NCBI GenBank assembly: GCA_964016885.1
Contig: OZ024743.1
Coordinates: forward strand, 106,144,001-106,208,000
Source of the DNA: Eledone cirrhosa
Taxonomy: Eukaryota
Reading direction: 5' to 3'
DNA: 64,000 nucleotides
A program made the translations under genes and the position numbers. Under the pieces are notes generated by a model, which saw nothing but the letters and a program-made list of their open reading frames with translations, had not been told where the DNA came from and did no database searches. This document shows positions 53,453 to 64,000 of this stretch, one piece after another; positions within the stretch are counted from its first letter, which is position 1, and each line of letters starts with the position of its first letter.

Positions 53453-54484
53453 ATTTTGTGTGTTATTAGACATTTGACAATAATTCATATTTACAATCGG
53501 AATACGGCACTTGATCATAATTTATTTCACGTGACTTGATCTAATCAAGGTGAGAAATGTAGATTTACCTCGAATTCAAGAGACTATATTTATTGCTGAA
53601 TCTCTTTCAACGTTTCATTATGGTTAGCAGTGTCTATATAATACTCAACCACAAGAGAAGGCTATTCCGTTTTGCAAAATAAATAACAGCAACTGAGGTT
53701 TGATAATCAAATATATATATAAAATAACAAAATAAGATGCTGAGGTTACATATATCGTTTAATGACTATAATTAATTTCACTTTTCTCCATGCAATCGAG
53801 ATGTCCTTCATGCATTTGCTGTTGGTTATGAGAACGGTATCCTCAGATGAAAATCGATATGTTTGATATGTCGTTGGCAGGAAAAACACACGTCCTAATG
53901 CCTGTGTGTCCAGCATACATATGAGTTCCCTGAGGGTATTCCAGCCGTCGTGTTTGCTAGAAAAAGCTATCAAAGAAAAAGACGAAAAGAACTAAGAACT
54001 GTGTGTAGCCAAAACCAAGTGGAAGAAATGTGTGTAGCCAAAGACAGCGGAAGCAATAAATCGAGCTCTGAGGGAGTGTGGGGTATATATTTTGTTGACA
54101 ACCACCTATAGACAACAACTACAACAACAACGACAACGACAACAACAATTAAGACAATAACAAAAAACCGCCAACCAATATTGTCCACACTGGTCGCAAT
54201 AGTCGTAGTGATATTACCACCCTACTGACAACAACAACAACGACAAATACAGCACCAGTGATGACCCACCACGGTGACAGCGGCAACAGGCAAAGGCCAC
54301 GCTTCCCTGAAATATAAACTAACCCCAACAGTAGTCCGTTGAAACAAGGAAGCGAAAATGGGATAAAAACATAGACGGCTATTTATATATATAAATAAAT
54401 ACATGCACAGTTAATACAGTCCTCTCTATCATTCCAAAGCTCAATGTATATATATATATATATATATATATCTATATATCTATA

Positions 54485-54528
<44 letters not shown>

Positions 54529-54596
54529 AAGTCCATAGAATCATTAGATAAAATATATACATCTCCCAATACGCATAAATCAACCAGACAAACAGT

Positions 54597-54800
54597 TATT
54601 TACACGAGGCTAAAAGTTTAAAATATACTTATGAAGAAATAATAGATAAATGATATAGCTTTTTATCCGCACTTATAGCTACAAAAAATGTACCTAGTAT
54701 TTCTAATAGCCTGTAAAAAATATCTAGACATATAGCTAACCATACATAATTAGGTACAAAATCAAATCAAAGTTAGAAGAAAAAATGTACATAAACCTTA

Positions 54801-54870
<70 letters not shown>

Positions 54871-54996
54871 TTTTAAAGGCTATTAGAAATACTAGGTACA
54901 TTTTTTGTAGCTATAAGTGCGGATAAAAAGCTATATCATTTATCTATCTATTATTTCTTCATAAGTATATTTTAAACTTATAGCCACGTTTAAATG
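54597..54996. repeat. Inverted repeat (about 120-bp arms) enclosing a (TA)n tract
   Basis: 54600-54712 versus 54877-54994 reverse complement. Confidence 0.85.
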
Positions 54997-55533
54997 ATTT
55001 TTTATATATATATATTGAGAGAGAGAGAGAGGAAATGAAAGAGAGGGTGTGTGTGTGAAAACATATATAACCATATGATAAACGTTTGTATAAAATAAAG
55101 TTATAGGTAGCCTTGCCATTAAAGAAACCTAATTTTTGGTGATGTAGACATTTCTCTTTCTCTAAATTCCAGTAAATGTTGAGAATGTCACTCAGCGTTG
55201 TTTCAGGTTTGGTTAATATTTCCTCAGTGACAGTCACTGGTCGAAAAAGCCAAGAGACTATATATAATTGTGTGTGATAAACATTTGCTAGAGATACTCA
55301 TTTGCATACAGCAAATAGAAAACATCGGCTGGAAATAATCATTTGCATATAGTGGGGCTTTGGTTGGTCACACTCAAAACATACTGTCAACTTTGTAATA
55401 TACTCACAGAGAAAAATTAGGTTTTTCTTTACGAAAACATTTTATTGTATATAAACCTTTAATATATGTATATATATGTTTCCATACACACCTCTCCTAA
55501 GCTTAAACGGTGTGTTAGTGTTACTGCTAATTA

Positions 55534-55573
<40 letters not shown>

Positions 55574-55665
55574 CAGATATTACTCGTTTGTTTTTTCCAG
55601 CCGAATGATTGAGATCATTTTGGGGCTCCGTCAACATAATGTATATACTATACATAACATTGATA

Positions 55666-55696
<31 letters not shown>

Positions 55697-55755
55697 TTCA
55701 TATATATATAAATTACACACATATATATATATAAATATTCATATTAATAGTATAT

Positions 55756-55800
<45 letters not shown>

Positions 55801-55998
55801 ATATATATATGTGTATATATATATATATTTATATATATATACAGTATATATATATTATATATATATACTGTATATATATATATACAAATTTATATATACC
55901 ATTAATATGAATATTTATATATATATATGAGTGTGTAATTTATATATATATATGAAATAAGTAACATGAATATGACTATATCTATCTATCTCTCCCCC

Positions 55999-56068
<70 letters not shown>

Positions 56069-56319
56069 ATATATATCTATATCTCTATATATATAAATGT
56101 GTGAGATTTGTGCGTGTCTATGATTTCTTGTTCATGTATGTCTATATAGGTATTTCATAAGAGTTGTCGGTTATATCGTTAATACCTGAGGTAATGCACG
56201 AATGTACAGAATTTACCAGATATGTCACGAACACTTGTCTGAAAAATGGGTGAAATGAAAGCAAATAAATTAATATAGTAATATAGTACGGAAATTATGT
56301 TTTGTTTCACTTTATGATC

Positions 56320-56396
<77 letters not shown>

Positions 56397-56612
56397 CAGC
56401 AGCAGTAGTAGTAGTAGTAGTATCAGCAGTAGTAGTAGTAGTAGTACTATGAGGAGGAGGAGGATGAGGAGGAGGAGGAAGAACAGCAGCAACAGCAGTA
56501 GTAATAGGAGTAGCAACAGGAGCAGCATTTGTAGTCGTAGTAATAGTAGTAGTAGTAGTATCGTAGTAGTAGTAGTAGTAGTAAGTAGTAAGTGACGGTA
56601 GCGGTAGTGGTG
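56320..56612. repeat. (AGT)n/(AGC)n/(AGG)n compound microsatellite
   Basis: Direct reading. Confidence 0.95.
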
Positions 56613-58135
56613 GTGGGGAAATTGGTATAAGAGTAACAATATTTTTTGTTGACAAATAGTTGGCAGATAAAGACATAGTACAATAAATGGGAGTTTACCT
56701 AAATTTCGTGATGCGGAATTTCTATTATAAAACAATATATAAAGATTGGCTGCCCCCGGGGTAACTCAAGGAACACCACAGTTTCTGGCTAATAATAGCG
56801 AGTGTCCTCACAATGTTCTCTTCTCCATTCTAAAACTGTATCATGGGTATAGGCCTAGTACATAAAAAATATTTACTAAAGTTTAAAGACATTCTCATCA
56901 TGAACAAGAAGAGGTGTTTAATCAGAATGTGCCCGAGAAGGATCTTTTCTTCCACATATGTTCTAATCATGGAAAAAAAGCAAACTTTATTTGGCTATTA
57001 TGCATCAAAGAGAAAAAACTCCCTGTCTTTCTTAGGCAGAGAAATGAAGCGAAGTGGGTTTGCTCGATGGAATCGCCCACCTGGTAACAAACGAATTCGT
57101 CATATCCAAACCAATGAGAAATCTACAATATTTAAATTATTAAGAAAACAAAAGCAGAAGATGGATGAACATTTTAATATTTGGAAGAAATAATTTGAGG
57201 AAATATAGAATATATATTTTCGTAAATGATATACAGATGAAATCATGAATAAAACATTAAATGAATGGCGCCTGAATTAGACAAAATATAAAATTTACCG
57301 ATAAATTATCCTTCACAATATTTTAATGAAATAATAAGATGAGTTTAAATAGAAATTAGCCGTGGTACGTATTTTTAAAAGGTAGGCACAAAAGAAAGTG
57401 CAAATAAGAAAGAGAAAGAAAATAGGGAGATGGGAATTAAAAAAAGATTTCCCTGTACAATACATCAGAGCCTTATATCTGTACATGGCTCCAAATGTAT
57501 GGATTTTTAAGAGAAATTAAAAATGCGTCATGATTATTGCATAAAACTCTTATTTTGCGGCTGGGAATAGATATAGATAAGCGCACTCAATAACTTCCAC
57601 AGATGCTCACACAAAGACATCACACACGATTACATGCGTGTGTGCGTGTGAGTGTGTGCGTGTATGTGCCTGTGCGTATGCATGAGTAGGTGTCACTTTG
57701 CGTGTGCCTCCATGTATTTCTGTATGTATTTAACAACAATAAGAAATCTTAAAGGAGCATCATTGTTACCTGCAGCTTCTTTACTTTTCAGTTTACATCT
57801 AGAGATGACTCCATGGATTGACTAACGAACACACCTTGATAACGTGTAAGAAACGGAAAGCAGCACCTGCTGCAAATGTGAAAACGAAAATCCTAGAAAA
57901 AGTTAAAGAGAAAGGGGGTTATAGAGATGGATCTAGGAAATCAAGTAGCGTGCCTCTTAAATCCTAGTTATTTTACACTTTAATAATGTGGCGCAAACAA
58001 AAGACAGTTTCATCTGAAAATATGAGGAAATATGAATATATTATATATAGTATGAGCGATAAGATCCCTCGCAAAACAAAAGAGGTAAAAAGAATGAAGT
58101 CATGGACAACTAAGACATAGAAATGTCTTACAAAA

Positions 58136-58231
<96 letters not shown>

Positions 58232-58242
58232 CACACATATAT

Positions 58243-58368
58243 GAGGTTGTGAGTTCGATTCCCCGAACGAGCGATGCGTTATGTCCTTGAGCAAGACACT
58301 TTATTTCACGCTGCTCCTTCTTCCAGGAGTTGCGATCGATAGATAGTATTAGCAATTGGAAATACCAA
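58243..58368 (+). mobile_element. SINE family S2 (CORE-like), 5'-truncated
   Basis: B-box GTTCGATTCC followed by GTCCTTGAGCAAGACACTTTATTTCACG. Confidence 0.7.
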
Positions 58369-58486
58369 TGGAAACATTGTTTCACCGGTCCGATTTGACG
58401 AAAGTCGATTGACTGCATCTCTCTCTCTCGCTTTCTCTATATCCCTCTCTCTCCCTCTCTATTTCTCTCTATGCCTCTCTCTCACT

Positions 58487-58580
<94 letters not shown>

Positions 58581-59240
58581 GTATATATGTATATATATAT
58601 GTGTGTGTGTGTTGTTGTTGTTGGCCCTACGTCGTATCCGACGACGAAGAATGCGATTTAATCAATGAACGAAATTTCCTGCTCGTGAAATTAACATGTA
58701 CACGATAAAATTAGTTCTCAGGGAGATTCAACGTCACACACACACACACACACGCATATATATATATATATTATTTTTTTTATGTATAGCGAAAACAAAT
58801 ACTAGACGTGAAGTATCTAAAAAGGAACAATGTTTTCAAAAGTACGTTCTTTAACATGTTTCAATGCAATATAAGTCTACATAAGACTGATTGCATAATA
58901 CTATTATTATTATGCCCATTCACTTGCAATATATTAGATAGTGCATTTCTTCAGAAAGATTTCAAAAAGAATTCAATTTACGGGGTAAGTTTGTCGCATC
59001 TTATAGTGAAGATATCCGCTGTGAATAAAAGGGAACTGGACTAAGGAGAGAGGTAGAAAAGATATAATTTGGATGGACAGAAAGAGTGGGAAATAAGTCA
59101 TGAAAAATAATGAAACATAAGCAAATTATCTATGAAAAAAGTAATGAGATAGAATAAGGAGAAAGGAAAAAAACAACGGGCTAAAAATTTACTTTTATAT
59201 AAACACGTATGTACATTATATATAAATACACATTCATACA

Positions 59241-62468
<3,228 letters not shown>

Positions 62469-62499
62469 ATATAATGTTTAATATATATATAATGAGAAC

Positions 62500-62672
62500 A
62501 ATAATAATAATAATGATTTCTTTATTGGCCACAAGGGCTGACATCAAGAAAAACATTACAGACGGCACAGGACGGTAGGGGACGGTTCGATATGGGTCCT
62601 GTACCGTCCTGTGCCGTATGCAATGTTGTTCTTGATGTCAGCCCTTGTGGCCAATAAAGAAATCATTATTAG
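62500..62672. repeat. Fold-back of a retroposon-like 3' end with (ATT)n tails on both sides
   Basis: ATGATTTCTTTATTGGCCACAAGGGCTGACATCAAGAA / TTCTTGATGTCAGCCCTTGTGGCCAATAAAGAAATCAT. Confidence 0.85.
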
Positions 62673-62740
62673 TATTATTGTACTGGAGAATTGCTGGCCT
62701 TGTGCCAATAGTAGAAACAATTATTATTATTATTGTTCTC

Positions 62741-62796
<56 letters not shown>

Positions 62797-63239
62797 GAGA
62801 ACAATAATAATAATAATTGTTTCTACTATATAATAATAATAATTATTATTATTATAGAAAAATTATAGAACAGAACACAGACAGAACCAAAAGCAACAAC
62901 AAACGCAAATTTCAAAAGTTTTGAACGCAACAACCCCTAGTTCCCTTAGCAGCAGCAGCAGCAGCAGCAAGAAAACACTAGTAAACGATGTTACTGGCTT
63001 TGAAAAACCAAAAACACAAAGGAAAAAAACAAAACAAACAAAAAAACTAAGTCAGACATTCAAACATTGCAATGAAACTTATGTTTATTTATTTAAGTTT
63101 TTATCTATTTATTTATATATTTATTTATGTTCGTCTACATCGTGAAGGTGCCACGCTAAAATCACCAGGAGTTATGAAATCACTGGGGATGATGAAATCA
63201 CCGGTGGTTATGTAACCATACATTCACCAATCCTCGATA

Positions 63240-64000
63240 TGAGTGTTTAAGTGTCGAACCTAAACATTTCGAAAAACGGTGAAGAGGAGACTGGAACGTT
63301 ATGTGACAGCCTCTCACTCAGCAAGTGCTCCCTGGCCCAGCAGCAGGGACCTGGCTGTCATCTAAATACTGCTGGTGTTGAAGGAAGAAGAAGGAAAGGG
63401 ACAAGAACCAACTGGACGAAAGAATTGAATAGAACTGTGATGCAATGTTACCTGAAGAGTAACCTCAAGGAAAAAGGTTATATGAAACGGATGCATAACA
63501 TCTGGAATTAGAAGGGTCTATTTAAATTAGATGAACAAAATTTGGCCGGGGAGCCCGAGTAATTAGAACTGATGGATGGATAAGCGAGTTGGACCTGGAG
63601 GAACTGAGCAGAGAGATTAGATTGGAAATGGAGAGTGGAGTATGCCAGGTAAACGAGCCAGTGGGAAATGAAAGTGAAGAGTTTGAGAGACTGGAGGAAG
63701 CATCCGAAGTATACGATGATCTGAATGCTGACATAAATAACATCTGGAACAAAGATACGGCCATTGAGGAACTGAATGCTGACGGGCTAGGACAAGATTT
63801 GGTTGATAACCTAAACATAGTGGTAGATGAAATGAACAATGATAGTGGGAAACCTATGAACCTAAGATTTGTAGACAGGAAAAAGTTAAAAGAAACAACA
63901 GCTAAGGTAAACAAAGTCATCCCATACCTTGAGGCGAGGAACCTTCACCTATGCAACACTATCCTCAAAGCAACAGCAAATGCGGTGAGGAAATTAATTG
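63240..64000 (+). pseudogene. N-terminal part of an R4/Dong-clade non-LTR retrotransposon ORF (disrupted; runs off the window)
   Basis: NWTKELNRTVMQCYLKSNLKEKGYMKRMHNIW*..F..DEQ..RVIRTDGWISELDLEEL and LRFVDRKKLKETTAKVNKVI resemble the R4/Dong N-terminus as recalled; putative 5' UTR from about 62865, next to (TAA)/(ATT) repeats. Confidence 0.7.

Noticed and set aside
55296-55350. Two octamer motifs ATTTGCAT as a regulatory element
   Set aside because: No linked gene or snRNA visible; could be chance or repeat-internal
56843-57193. 116-aa ORF as a gene or LINE remnant
   Set aside because: No recognisable motif; cannot be supported by eye
58625-58705. Possible degenerate hammerhead (CCGACGA…CTCGTGAAA)
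   Set aside because: Core mutated, and stems I and III are not convincing

Overview
AT-rich, gene-poor animal genomic DNA. The SINE families and very dense (TA)n microsatellites are consistent with an octopod cephalopod, but that is inference. No host protein-coding exon could be supported; almost all track ORFs are microsatellite artefacts. The window is dominated by mobile elements. These are five decayed Penelope-like elements (PLEs; RT plus C-terminal GIY-YIG, resembling the Hydra clade), RTE, R4/Dong and CRE-like LINE remnants, two non-autonomous Helitron families and about a dozen tRNA-derived SINE copies. The most notable signal is a hammerhead-ribozyme (HHR) retroelement system inserted in (TA)n tracts. 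First, an array of about 11 apparently identical 310-bp units (12175-15589) carries one complete type I hammerhead per unit and an internal strand inversion, as expected for a recently inserted retrozyme (circular-RNA retroelement). Second, more than a dozen short fold-back elements from several unrelated families carry intact, degenerate or half HHR cores; some are demonstrably the pseudo-LTRs of the PLEs in this window. Nearly all share an asymmetric two-fixed-termini architecture. All structures were read by eye; no database search or folding was run.
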